64,000 nt of DNA. Source: an uncultured Trueperaceae bacterium (GTDB lineage: Bacteria > Deinococcota > Deinococci > Deinococcales > Trueperaceae). Each line of letters opens with the position of its first letter. The stretch's first letter is position 1. Shown here one piece after another: positions 30,918 to 41,681 of this stretch. The DNA lies in the NCBI GenBank assembly GCA_963727505.1, contig CAVSGP010000010.1, forward strand, positions 1 to 64,000. Reading direction: 5' to 3'. A program made the translations under genes and the position numbers. The notes under the pieces are model-generated. The model searched no databases, was not told where the DNA came from, and saw only the letters and a program-made list of their open reading frames with translations.

Positions 30918-31745
30918 ATGCACGTAAGGCAGGCGCTCGTCCACAAGCGACAGGCTCGGCACCGGCGCACCCTTGGGAAGTGGGCCCCGGCAGGTCCGCT
31001 CGCCACCCGCATGCTCGCCGCCCTCGCGCTCACCGCCCTCGCACTGGGCGGCGCCGCGTTGGCGCAGGCGGTGAGCCCGACCGTCCAGGTCCGCTACGAC
31101 GCCAAGCTGGGCTACTTCCTGACCGACGCCCAGGGCATGACGCTGTACCTCTATGCCAAGGACACCCCCGGCAAGAGCGCCTGCAACGGCGCCTGCGCTC
31201 AGGCCTGGCCGCCGCTGCTGGCCGACAGCGCCACCGTTGCGCCGCTGAACCTGCCGGGCGCGTTCAGCGTCGTCACCCGCGATGACGGCAGCAAGCAGAT
31301 CGCCTACCACGGCCTCCCCCTGTACACCTGGCAGGGCGACAAGAAGCCCGGCGACACCAGCGGCCAGGCCTTCAAGGACGTCTGGTGGGTGGCCAACCTC
31401 GAGCCCGCGGTGCAGACGCTGGCGACCGCCAACGGCACCCTGCTGGTCGGCCCGACCGGCATGACGCTCTACACCTTCGGCAAGGACGGCCCCAACCAGT
31501 CCGCGTGCAGCGGGACCTGCGCCGCCAACTGGCCGCCGCTGGTCGGCGGCTACGACGTCGCCCACGGCAACGCGCCCACAGCCGGCAACGGCGTCAAGGG
31601 AACGCTCGGCGTCATCGCGCGCCCGGACGGTTCCAGCCAGCTGACGCTGGACGGCAAGCCGCTGTACTACTTCCGCGGCGACCGCTCCCCCGGCCAGGCG
31701 ACCGGCGACGGCCTTCTCGGCGAGTGGGCGAAGGTCACGCAATGA
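30918..31745 (+). CDS. Secreted COG4315 (Lipoprotein_15 repeat) protein
   Basis: Own RBS GGAGG; signal peptide; two GMTLY..KD...S.C...CA..WPPL / DG..Q....G.PLY modules. Confidence 0.85.
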   Translation: MHVRQALVHKRQARHRRTLGKWAPAGPLATRMLAALALTALALGGAALAQAVSPTVQVRYDAKLGYFLTDAQGMTLYLYAKDTPGKSACNGACAQAWPPLLADSATVAPLNLPGAFSVVTRDDGSKQIAYHGLPLYTWQGDKKPGDTSGQAFKDVWWVANLEPAVQTLATANGTLLVGPTGMTLYTFGKDGPNQSACSGTCAANWPPLVGGYDVAHGNAPTAGNGVKGTLGVIARPDGSSQLTLDGKPLYYFRGDRSPGQATGDGLLGEWAKVTQ

Positions 31746-31929
31746 CCGCCAGCGCCTCCCGGACGCAGGCGCGGGCGCACCCCTAGACCCATCCTCCGGA
31801 GGCCCTGGGCAGGCCTCCATCAACTCGGCGAGGACCGCATCCACCCCCGGGCATGCGGTCCTCGGTTCTTCCTGGCCCGAGCCAGGCGGGCCGTCCGGTC
31901 GGGCCGTCCGGTCGGGCCGTCCGCTGCGC

Positions 31930-33252
31930 TCAGGCCGACGCTTCGCGTCCGCGGAACATCAGCGGCACCGCCGGGATGCCCAGCAGGGCTACCAGCGCGG
32001 CGACCAGGAAGGCGCGCTCGAGCCCGGCGCCGTCGGCGAGCAGGCCGATGGTGTAGATGCCGGCGGCGCGCACCAGGAAGTTCATCGCCAGGAAGGTGCC
32101 GTTGGCGAGCGCCCGGTTCTCCGGGAAGGCGTCCTGGACCGTGGCCAGCAGGACCGGCGTCCCGCTCACCGCCGACAGGCCGAGCAGGATCAGCAGCGGG
32201 AACGCCAGCGCCGTCGGCGCGTAGAGGAACGCGATCATCACCAGCGGCGCGGAGATGGCCAGGGTGAGCAGCACGCTCCCGCGACCCAGGCGGTCGGACA
32301 CGGTGCCGGCCGACAGCGCGCCGACCACGCCCGCAGCCTCCAGGATGGTGAGCGAGGCCCCGGCGAGCCACAGACCGGTACCCATCACGTCCTTCATGAA
32401 CAGCGGCAGGTAGATGGTGGCCGCCACCAGTAGCATCACGCGGGTCGCGATCAGCAACCCGATCGCCGGGAACACCCGCCGCGCCGTGGACCACGGCAGG
32501 AAGCCCGATCGACCGCCGGCGCCCTGCGCCGAGACATTGCGCAGCCGGAAGTAGAGGATCACGCTGACTGCCCAGCCGATGAAGGCGAGCCGCCACAGCC
32601 CTTCCAGGCCGAACCAGCCGACCGCCGCCACCGCCAACAGCGGGCCCAGCGAGCGCCCGAGCTCACCGCCGGCCATGAAGATGCTCATGCCGGCACCGAC
32701 CCGACGCCCGGACACGTGCGCCACCATCGCCGGGGCGGGCGAGTGGAACGACGCCACGCTGACGCCCGCGGCCAGCAGCAAGAACACGATGGAGAGGTAG
32801 TTCGGCGCGCGTCCCAGCAGGGTGATGAACGTCGCCGTCACGGCCGGCGCCAGGATCACGAAGTAGCGCAGGCTGACCTTGTCGGCCATGTAGCCGATGA
32901 CCGGGTTGAGCAGGCTGGGGAGCTGCAGGAAGACGGCCAGGCCGCCGGTCATGGTGTAGTCGGTGTTGAGCTTCTGCTGCAGGACCGGGAGCAGCGGCGC
33001 CACGAAGGCCGTGAAGCTGTCGTGCGCGAAGTGCCCGCCGGCGATGGTGGCGACGTCGGCCGTGTGGAAGCGCTCGTCGAAGGGCGCAGCGACCCCGGCC
33101 TCGCCGGACCGTGACGCGGCGCCGGCCGCTCCGGCGACAGCACCGGGCGCAGCACCGGGCGCAGCACCGGGCGCAGCCTCGGCCGCGGCGTCGGACGCCG
33201 CCGGCCCGGCTACGCCGCCGACGGGTGCCTGGTGGACGTCGTCTCGATCCAT
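31930..33252 (-). CDS. MFS transporter (Fsr-like)
   Basis: GHFAHD, FHSPAP, GMSIFMAGGELG, SDRLGR. Confidence 0.88.
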   Translation of the reverse strand: MDRDDVHQAPVGGVAGPAASDAAAEAAPGAAPGAAPGAVAGAAGAASRSGEAGVAAPFDERFHTADVATIAGGHFAHDSFTAFVAPLLPVLQQKLNTDYTMTGGLAVFLQLPSLLNPVIGYMADKVSLRYFVILAPAVTATFITLLGRAPNYLSIVFLLLAAGVSVASFHSPAPAMVAHVSGRRVGAGMSIFMAGGELGRSLGPLLAVAAVGWFGLEGLWRLAFIGWAVSVILYFRLRNVSAQGAGGRSGFLPWSTARRVFPAIGLLIATRVMLLVAATIYLPLFMKDVMGTGLWLAGASLTILEAAGVVGALSAGTVSDRLGRGSVLLTLAISAPLVMIAFLYAPTALAFPLLILLGLSAVSGTPVLLATVQDAFPENRALANGTFLAMNFLVRAAGIYTIGLLADGAGLERAFLVAALVALLGIPAVPLMFRGREASA

Positions 33253-33429
33253 GCGGACCAGCATAGCCCGCGTTCCCCGCGCGGCGAGACTTCCGGGCGG
33301 CGCGTACCGCGGCACTCGACGGCACGCGGGACGCAGCGCCGGGTGCAGGCGGGGCAGAGCCGGGGCGGAGCCGGGCGCAGAGCCGGGCGCAGAGCCCGGT
33401 ACAGGTCCTCGTGCGGGGCCGGGCAGCGC

Positions 33430-34449
33430 TCAGCGGCTGACCAGCAGCAGGAAGCGGTCCATCCAGCGGTCGGGCAGGAAGCGCGTCAGCACGCCCACCA
33501 CGTGCGCGTCCAGCCCCACCCGATAACGCGTGCGCGCGCGCGGCGCGGTGAGCGCGTGCAGCACCGCACGCGCCACGCCGTCGGGCGCGATGCCGCCCGC
33601 ATCGACGTCGGTCACGCCGCGGGAGATGGAGCGGATGGCGGCCTCGTAGAGCTCCCCCGCCGCTTCGGGCATGCGCGAAAGGCGCGCCTCGCCGGCGCCC
33701 TTCGTCTTGCCCCAGATGGGGGTGCGCACGCGGCCGGGCTCCACGATCGAGACCTGCAGGCCCCAGGGACTGAGCTCGAGCCGGTAGACGTCGCCGAGCG
33801 CCTCGATGGCGAACTTGGACGCCGCGTAGGCGCCCAGCAGCCGCGACGACACCAGCCCGGAGATGGATCCGACGAACACCACGCGACCGTGGCTTCCTCG
33901 GACCGGCGAGCGGCCGGCGCCCAGCGACCCGTCGATGCCGGCCGGAGCGGTCGATGCCCGCACCCCGAAGGCGCGGCGCTGCCCTTCCGCCGCCAGCTGG
34001 ACCTCACGCGCCCGCCGCAGCATCGGCAGCATCGCCTGCGTCACCGCGACCTGGCCGAGCACGTTGACCTCGAGCTGAAGCCGCAGGTCCTCGAGCGGCA
34101 GGAACTCCATGGGCCCCGCCACGACCATGCCGGCGTTGTTCACCACGCCGTGCAGGCCGCGCGCGCCGGTGCGCTCGTCGACGACGGCGGCCGCCCGCGC
34201 GATGCCCTCGGCGTCGGTGATGTCGAACAGCAGCGGCGTGATGCTACCGGTGGCGTCGTCCGGGGCTGCGTCCCGGCGCGCCTCCCGGCCTTCCTGCTCC
34301 AAGCACGCGGCGGACTCCTCGCGCCGCACGCCCGCGAAGACCTCGAAGCCGCGGCGAGCGAGCAGACCGGCGACCGCGCGACCGATCCCGGTCGACGCGC
34401 CGGTCACCAGAACGGCTGGCGGCGTGTCCCCCTCCGAAGCGACATGCAC
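33430..34449 (-). CDS. Short-chain dehydrogenase/reductase
   Basis: TGASTGIG, NNAG, YAASK; TAAGAT -10 just upstream (leaderless). Confidence 0.92.
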   Translation of the reverse strand: MHVASEGDTPPAVLVTGASTGIGRAVAGLLARRGFEVFAGVRREESAACLEQEGREARRDAAPDDATGSITPLLFDITDAEGIARAAAVVDERTGARGLHGVVNNAGMVVAGPMEFLPLEDLRLQLEVNVLGQVAVTQAMLPMLRRAREVQLAAEGQRRAFGVRASTAPAGIDGSLGAGRSPVRGSHGRVVFVGSISGLVSSRLLGAYAASKFAIEALGDVYRLELSPWGLQVSIVEPGRVRTPIWGKTKGAGEARLSRMPEAAGELYEAAIRSISRGVTDVDAGGIAPDGVARAVLHALTAPRARTRYRVGLDAHVVGVLTRFLPDRWMDRFLLLVSR

Positions 34450-34517
34450 GCAGCCATCTTAACGGTGTCGGGTCGGCGACGTTCTCCGGGCCCGCGATCG
34501 CGCGGGGGATCTCCTCC

Positions 34518-34552
34518 CAAAACGCAACCCGCGGGGAGGATTCCCCGCGGGT
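34518..34552 (-). terminator. Intrinsic terminator
   Basis: ACCCGCGGGGA-4-TCCCCGCGGGT followed by TGCGTTTT on the minus strand. Confidence 0.7.
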
Positions 34553-34745
34553 CACCGGCCGAAGGCCGTGAAGGAGAGAGTTGTGCTTCCGGAGCCCCAA
34601 CGCCGGGACGGTCCCGGCTACAGCACGTTCACCCTAACTCGTTTGCCTCATTTGAGGCCCGGAAGCACGTGCACCGGCGTCTCGGCGCCATTTCAGTCCT
34701 TGTCGGTCTCGTGGAGCGGCCTACTCAGCGCCTGCCCACCGGTGC
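34518..34745 (-). ncRNA. Unidentified structured RNA, about 230 nt
   Basis: Own -10 (TAGCAT), two long stem-closed domains, small hairpin, 11-bp terminator hairpin with U-tract; no convincing long ORF. Confidence 0.65.
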
Positions 34746-34751
34746 AACGTA

Positions 34752-34794
34752 ATGCTAGGCGGCCGCATTGTCCGGTGACAGGGACACATGTCCT
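34752..34794 (-). promoter_or_regulatory. GGGAC-N4-GTCCC-type box plus -10 element
   Basis: AGGACATGTGTCCC, 23 nt, TAGCAT on the minus strand. Confidence 0.6.
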
Positions 34795-34842
34795 GCTGCA
34801 CCCGGGACGGCCGGCACCGGGCCGGCTTGCGCTCGGTCCGGA

Positions 34843-34912
34843 GCGCTCAGCTCGGGGCGCTCAGCTCGCGGCGCTCAGCTCGCGGCGCTCAGCTCGGGGC
34901 GCTCAGCTCGCG
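34843..34912. repeat. 14-bp tandem repeat x5 (GCGCTCAGCTCGSG)
   Basis: Seen directly; the last unit contains the thioesterase stop codon. Confidence 0.9.
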
Positions 34913-35343
34913 GGCGCCGACCCCGCCAACAGCGTGGACCGTACGGCGTCCGGCACCGGCACGGGCCGTTGCGCGTCGTAGTCGAACCAGACCACCACCG
35001 ATTCGATGGTGGCCGCCCGTACCCCGTCGGCCCGCACCTCCTGGTGCAGGGCGATGCTGCTGCGCCCGATGCGCGCCACCTCGGTGGCGAGCACCACCCG
35101 GCTGCCCAGACGCACCTGGGCGTGGAAGTCGATGGCGATGCGCGCCAGGATGGGGCCGCCGCCGTCCCAGCTCACACGCCGCATCAGGGCGATGCGGCCG
35201 AGCTCGGCGTAGCTGGAGTACGCCGCGTTGTTGACGTGCCCAAGCGCATCGGTATCGCCGAAGCGCACCTGGATCTCGAGTTCGTGTGGGCCCGGCGCGG
35301 CGACGTCGGGGGTGTGGCTGGCGGCGGGATCCTCCGGGGTCAT
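34903..35343 (-). CDS. Acyl-CoA thioesterase (4HBT/FcbC family)
   Basis: VRFGDTDALGHVNNAAY. Confidence 0.9.
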   Translation of the reverse strand: MTPEDPAASHTPDVAAPGPHELEIQVRFGDTDALGHVNNAAYSSYAELGRIALMRRVSWDGGGPILARIAIDFHAQVRLGSRVVLATEVARIGRSSIALHQEVRADGVRAATIESVVVWFDYDAQRPVPVPDAVRSTLLAGSAPAS

Positions 35344-35526
35344 CAGGCAGGCTCCTCCCGAAATGGGGTGGCCTCGGCGGACGGCGCCGCGGCGGACGTC
35401 AGCCTACCGCGCGCCGCGCCGGTACACGGCGCGCGCGGGGCGCCGTCCGTGTGGTGGCGGGCGCGGCACTCTGAGCGCTATCGTGGACGCACAGTACGCA
35501 CCCATTTGCCCGCGATGGAGGGCAAC

Positions 35527-37922
35527 ATGCGGTTTCTGCGTGGTCTGCTCGTGCTCGTGTTGGTGGCCGCATCGGCCACGGCCTGCGCACCCGGTGTGGA
35601 CGTGGGTTCCGTGCGTCTGCCCAGCGACGTTCCCGGCACCCTGTCCGATGCCGACGCCGTCCTGCTCGACCCGGTCGGCGCTCTCGTGGGGCGCGACCCG
35701 CCCCTGAGCACCGACATCTACGACGCCACCTTCGACGCGCCCGAGCTCGACGGCTACACGCCCACCACGCCGGTGCCCTTGGAGGCGATGCCCCGCGCCT
35801 TCGACGGCAGCTACTACCTGGCGCCCGGCGACTACGAGATCACGGCCTGGGGGTTCTGCGCTCACGCCGGCACCTACGAGCCCGCCGTGGGGGGGCCGGG
35901 ATACGTCTATGCGCCGCTGAAGGGCTCGCTCGCGGATGTCATGACGCGCCTGCTCGAGGCCTCCTACCGCCACCCGGAGGTGTCGCAACGGTCCATCCAG
36001 GTCCTGTTGTGGGCCATCCTCGCGCGCACGCCGCTCCCCGACATGCCGCCCGAGTTGCAGGACACCTGCGCGGCGCCTGCTCGACGCCGACGACCTCGCG
36101 CGCCTGCGTGCGAACACCCCCAACGACGTCGGTCGAACCCTGTTCGAGCGCGCCCTGCAGCAACTACCTCCCGAGCTCCGCGAGGTGGCCCGCGCCGAGG
36201 ACCGCATCCGCACGCTGCTCCGCGGCGACAGCGTCGCCTACGCGGCGCTCGAGCGAGCCGCCGTCCTCACGGGCAACCCACCTCCGGGCCTGACCGTGCG
36301 CGCCATCCCCCAGGGCCGGTGGTCACACCACCCCGACGGCTACGACATCCGATACGCGCCCTCCGGGTACTCGGTGGTGCGCATCCAGATCCACGTGCCC
36401 GGGGCCGTCGGCGCCCGGCCCGACCCGGGCGTGATCAGCGCCCAGGGCTCGAGCGGCTCCCAGGGCGGTGACGGCATGGTCAACGCCGACGTGAGCGACG
36501 GCGCGGCGCTGTCCGGCAACACCTCCCGGCAGCGGCTCCTGAGCAACGGCACGAGCGCCGACGACAACGTCCTCGAACGGGCCAAGGACGCGGTCGGGTG
36601 GATGAAGCTCTTCGCCAACCTGCTGCCGTTCTTCGGTGGCCAGAGCCTCGAGCAGGGGGCGGTCCAGGGCTTCTCGGAACTCACCGCGGGAGCCTCGATG
36701 CTCTCCCCCGCAGCGATGGCGGGGTACCTGCTGGACTTCATCTTCAGCGCCGGCGCCGACATCATCAACGCCACCGCCGGCTACGAGGGGGGCGGGACAG
36801 GGGGCGGGGCAGGGTCCGACAACCGGGGCCCGCCATCGACGGGTGGCTCCTCCTCGGCGGGCTCCAGCGGCTCCCCGACGTGGAACGCGCACCCAGGATC
36901 GTCCGGCGGGTCCGGTGCGGGCGACAGCGGGACGGCCGGCGGAACGAGCAGCGGTACGAGCAGCGGCACGAGCAGCGGCACGAGCGGCTACCAGGACGGT
37001 AGCAGCGGGCAGCGGCGGCACCAGCGGCGGCACCAGCGGCGCCGGCGACACCAGCACCGGCACCGGCACCGGCACCGCCGGCGATACGACCGGGGACACC
37101 GGCACCAGCGGCGACACCAGTGGCGAAACGACCGGCGAAACGACCGGCGACACGACCGGCGACACGAGCAGCGGCGCGTCCGATGCCGGCGGCACCGGGA
37201 CGAGCGAGGCCGGGGCGAGCGAGACCGGGACGAGCGAGACCGGGGCGAGCGAGACCGGCACCGACGCGAGCGGCACCAGCGCCGGCGGCGGCACCACCGA
37301 CAGCACCAACGACGGCACGACCGACGGCACGACCACCGCCCCGGGCGGCGCCAGTAGCGGCGCCGGCACGAGCGGCTCCGGCGGCGCGCTGACCTTCCCC
37401 GAGGGCCTCCCCGACGACCTGCGGCGGGTGATCGAGTACCTCGTGACCACGGCCGGCGAGCTGTTGCGCGACCTGCAGCTCTACCAGGACTCCGCCGTGC
37501 GGCTCGACAGCGTCAGTCACGGTGACGCCGACGCGGGGTACGCGCTGGCCGCGCAGACGCTCGAACGCAAACGCAGCGCCGGAGTCTCCATGTTGCGCAC
37601 CTCGGCTGCGCTCGACCACCTCGGAGCCGTGCTCGATGCGCATCACCTGGGCAGTATCCCGCTCGGGGCGGACGCGGTGCGGGCCTTCCAACAACGGCTG
37701 CGGGACGAGGGCGTCCCCGAGGCACTGCGCGCGGAGCTGCGTCGCGCGGGCATGACCGACGCCGACATCGATCGATTGGCCCGGCGCTACCTGGAGCTCG
37801 ACGCCGACGAGGTTGCGGCCGGCTTCCGGCGCTCCCTGACCCGCACGGCCGCCGCCCTGCGCTCGCTGGGCACGATCTGGGCCGGCCTGCCCTCGATCCT
37901 GGCCGGCGGCACGGTCCACTGA
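35527..37922 (+). CDS. Large lipoprotein: putative thioester domain, Gly/Thr/Ser-rich linker, helical C-domain (frameshifts ~36070 and ~37010)
   Basis: Lipobox ATAC; GFC, IQVLLW and RQRLL motifs; coding-like sequence continues across three frames. Confidence 0.65.
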
Positions 37923-37965
37923 CCGGCGCGCGCGTCAGTCGGGGGCACGCGGTGCGCGGGCCGCC

Positions 37966-38787
37966 CTACCGGCGCCGTCGTTGACAGCGCGCGCAGTAGA
38001 CGGTGCCGCGCTGCCCCACCACGATCCGCCGGAGCGGCGCGCCGCAGCGCGGACAGGGCTCTTCGGCGTGACCGTAGGCGGCGAGTTGCTCGAGGTAGGC
38101 GCCGACCTCGCCGTTGACGGTGCGGTAGTCGTTGAGGGTGGTGCCCTGCGCCTCCAGGCTGGCGGCCAGCACCTCGACGATGGCGTGGTGCAGCCGCGCC
38201 GCCGCGGCCGCCGAGACGCGGCGCGCCGGCGACAGCGGGTGCACGCGGGCACGCCACAGGGCCTCGTCGGCGTAGATGTTGCCGACCCCGGCGACGGGGC
38301 GCTGACTGAGCAGGTAGGTCTTGACGGCGGTGTCCGAACGCAGCAACGCGCGCCGGAAGCCGGTCACGGTGAACGCCGGGGACAGCGGCTCGGGGCCCAT
38401 CCCGGCCAGCGTCGGCAGGCTCCGGTAGTCCCCCGCGGCCACCACAAGGAACCTCCCGAAGCGCCGGGGGTCGCGGAAGTACAGCGTGTCGGGCTCGCCC
38501 CCCGACAGGCGCAACCGCACCCGCAGATGGCCCTCGTTCTCCGGCGCCCGGTGCGACACCACACCGGTCATGCCCAGGTGGAGGATCAGCTCGTCGCCAC
38601 CGGAGAGCGGCATCACCAGGAACTTGCCGCGCCGCGTGACGGCGCGCAGCGTCTGGCCGACGGCACGGGGCAGGTCGCGATACTTGGGGCCCGGCGGCGC
38701 CAACCGTTCGGCAGCCAGGATGGTGCGGCCCTCCAGCCAGGGGGCCAGCTCGCGACGCACGGTCTCCACCTCGGGTAGCTCGGGCAC
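37966..38787 (-). CDS. mutM: Formamidopyrimidine-DNA glycosylase
   Basis: PELPEVET, RRGK, HLGMTG, GNIYADE, C-terminal zinc finger. Confidence 0.96.
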   Translation of the reverse strand: MPELPEVETVRRELAPWLEGRTILAAERLAPPGPKYRDLPRAVGQTLRAVTRRGKFLVMPLSGGDELILHLGMTGVVSHRAPENEGHLRVRLRLSGGEPDTLYFRDPRRFGRFLVVAAGDYRSLPTLAGMGPEPLSPAFTVTGFRRALLRSDTAVKTYLLSQRPVAGVGNIYADEALWRARVHPLSPARRVSAAAAARLHHAIVEVLAASLEAQGTTLNDYRTVNGEVGAYLEQLAAYGHAEEPCPRCGAPLRRIVVGQRGTVYCARCQRRRR

Positions 38788-38817
38788 GGTTGCATTTCGC
38801 TCGCGTGAACGGCGCGC

Positions 38818-39519
38818 TCAGGCCGGGCGCGGGTAGGTGATCGCTCCCTCGTACAGGGCGCGGCCCACGATGGCGCCGTCCAGCCCGAGGCGCTGGTAGA
38901 GATCCAGGTCGATGTCGGCGCCTACGCCGCCGCCGGCCACCAGCCGGTGAGGGAAGGCGGCGCGCATGCGGGCCACCGGCTCCTCATCGACGCCGCGCAG
39001 GGTGCCGTCGCGGCTGATGTCGGTGTAGATCAGGTGCCGCACGCCCTGGCCGGCCACCCGGCGAGCCAGCTCGGCGGCGTCGACGTCGGTGACCTCGGCC
39101 CAGCCGCGTACGGCCACCCGTCCCTCGCGGGCATCGATGGAGACCACCACCCGGTCGGGCCCGAACTCGGCCAGCAACGCGTCGACCACCTCGGGCTCGT
39201 GGATGGCGACGGTGCCGAGCACCACCCGGTCGACGTGCTCGAGCCAGTCGGTGGCGGCCTCGACGCTGCGCACGCCCCCGCCGATCTCCAGCCGCGCGCC
39301 TGCCTCCGCGGCCAGCGCGCGGATCAGTGCGCCGTTGTCGCTGCGCCCGAGCGCGGCGTCGAGGTCGACCACGTGGAGCCAGGGCGCTCCCAGCCCGACC
39401 CAGTGCCGCGCCGCCTCCAAGGGTGAGTCGAAGTACACGGTCTCGCGCGCCGGATCGCCCTCGTAGAGCCGCACGGCCCGTCCCTGTTGGATGTCCACTG
39501 CCGGGATCACGTCGAACAT
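38818..39519 (-). CDS. hisA: ProFAR isomerase
   Basis: IPAVD...GRAVRL, LHVVDLDAA, GGGVRS, YTDISRDGTL.G. Confidence 0.93.
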   Translation of the reverse strand: MFDVIPAVDIQQGRAVRLYEGDPARETVYFDSPLEAARHWVGLGAPWLHVVDLDAALGRSDNGALIRALAAEAGARLEIGGGVRSVEAATDWLEHVDRVVLGTVAIHEPEVVDALLAEFGPDRVVVSIDAREGRVAVRGWAEVTDVDAAELARRVAGQGVRHLIYTDISRDGTLRGVDEEPVARMRAAFPHRLVAGGGVGADIDLDLYQRLGLDGAIVGRALYEGAITYPRPA

Positions 39520-39595
39520 GGCACCGCGAGCATAGCGCGTGTCGCCGCCGGTGCCGCAGCGCCACCGGACAGCCGGCGCGCGGGACGACGGTCCG

Positions 39596-40573
<978 letters not shown>

Positions 40574-40745
40574 GCCTCGCTCCCCGGACGCGCCGCCATC
40601 TTCGCTGGACTACCCCGAGCATAGCTGCCATGATAGTCGCGTCGCAGGCGGGGGACGATAAAACTTCACACGTTTCCGACGCCGTCCGTCCGCCTGCCCG
40701 GAGCCGTCCCGAGCGCGCGGCGCAGGGGCGCCGTCACCCCCCGCC

Positions 40746-40773
40746 TTGACAGGCTGCGACCGTCACCTATACT
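40746..40773 (+). promoter_or_regulatory. sigma70 promoter of the yceD-rpmF-fab operon
   Basis: TTGACA, 16 nt, TATACT; ATG 8 nt downstream. Confidence 0.8.
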
Positions 40774-40781
40774 TTTAAGGG

Positions 40782-41357
40782 ATGGTTTCTCGCCGGGACG
40801 CTCTGCTCAACCTGGCTCCCCTCCTCAACCGTGCCCCAGGATCCGCCGATGAGGTGGTGGGGACCGGTCTGCTGGAGCCCGAGCCGGCGCTGCTCGAGGC
40901 CGACGGTCTGGTCCTCGGCGGGCCGCTCGAGTGGGGGGTCACGGTCCGCAATGTGGGCGGCGACGACGACTTCATCGTCGACGGCTGGGTGAGCGGTCAC
41001 GCGGTTCAGGAGTGCCGCCGCTGCCTCACCAAGGTCGTGACCGGGGCGCGGGCGACGTTCGTGATGCCGATGCTCTACCTCGCTCGCGAGGCGGGCCTGC
41101 GGCTCGACGAGGTCTCCGAAGACGACGAGGAACGTCTCGTCTTCGGCCGGCCCGAGGTGGACTTCGCACCGATGCTGGCGCAGCTGTTCGCCATCGAGCT
41201 GCCGCTCACCGCGCTGTGTCGGGAGGACTGCAAGGGGTTGTCGCTCGACGGCGTCAACCTCAACGAACACCCTGAGCTCGAGGCGGAGGACCGCGTCCGG
41301 CGCGACGCCGCCTCCCCGTTCGAAGTCTTGAAGGACATCGACCTGACGTCGCAGTGA
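40782..41357 (+). CDS. yceD: DUF177/YceD family protein
   Basis: ECRRCL and LCREDCKGL motifs; upstream of rpmF. Confidence 0.88.
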   Translation: MVSRRDALLNLAPLLNRAPGSADEVVGTGLLEPEPALLEADGLVLGGPLEWGVTVRNVGGDDDFIVDGWVSGHAVQECRRCLTKVVTGARATFVMPMLYLAREAGLRLDEVSEDDEERLVFGRPEVDFAPMLAQLFAIELPLTALCREDCKGLSLDGVNLNEHPELEAEDRVRRDAASPFEVLKDIDLTSQ

Positions 41358-41394
41358 GGCGGCGTCACGACCGACGAAGGAGTGAGTCTGCACC

Positions 41395-41580
41395 ATGGCC
41401 AAACACCCTGTTCCCAAGAAGCGCACGTCCGCCTCGAGGCGCGACCAGCGCCGCAGCCACCACGCGCTCACCGCGCCCAACCTGGTCGAGTGCCCCGAGT
41501 GCAAGGCCATGAAGCCGCAGCACGTGGTATGCCCGGAGTGCGGAAGCTATGCCGGTCGGCAAGTGGTCGAGGAGGCCTGA
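41395..41580 (+). CDS. rpmF: 50S ribosomal protein L32
   Basis: MAKHPVPKKRTS..RR.QRRSH; CxxC/CxxC. Confidence 0.96.
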   Translation: MAKHPVPKKRTSASRRDQRRSHHALTAPNLVECPECKAMKPQHVVCPECGSYAGRQVVEEA

Positions 41581-41681
41581 GGGCCTTCCGTACCAACTAA
41601 CGGGTAGTTAGCGGATCGCGAGCCTCGCCCACCGGGCGCAGATGCCCCCGCGTGCGGCGACGGGGACGGAGTTCGGGTGGC

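Noticed and set aside
33890..34010. Intein or mobile insertion in the SDR
   Set aside because: The ~40-aa insert is low complexity and lacks intein terminal motifs; probably a loop expansion
34660..34730. Hammerhead ribozyme or glycine/c-di-GMP riboswitch as the identity of the structured RNA
   Set aside because: CUGAGUA does not fit CUGANGA, riboswitch core motifs are incomplete, and the downstream gene has its own promoter
34843..34912. CRISPR array
   Set aside because: Units are contiguous 14-mers with no unique spacers, and there are no cas genes in the window
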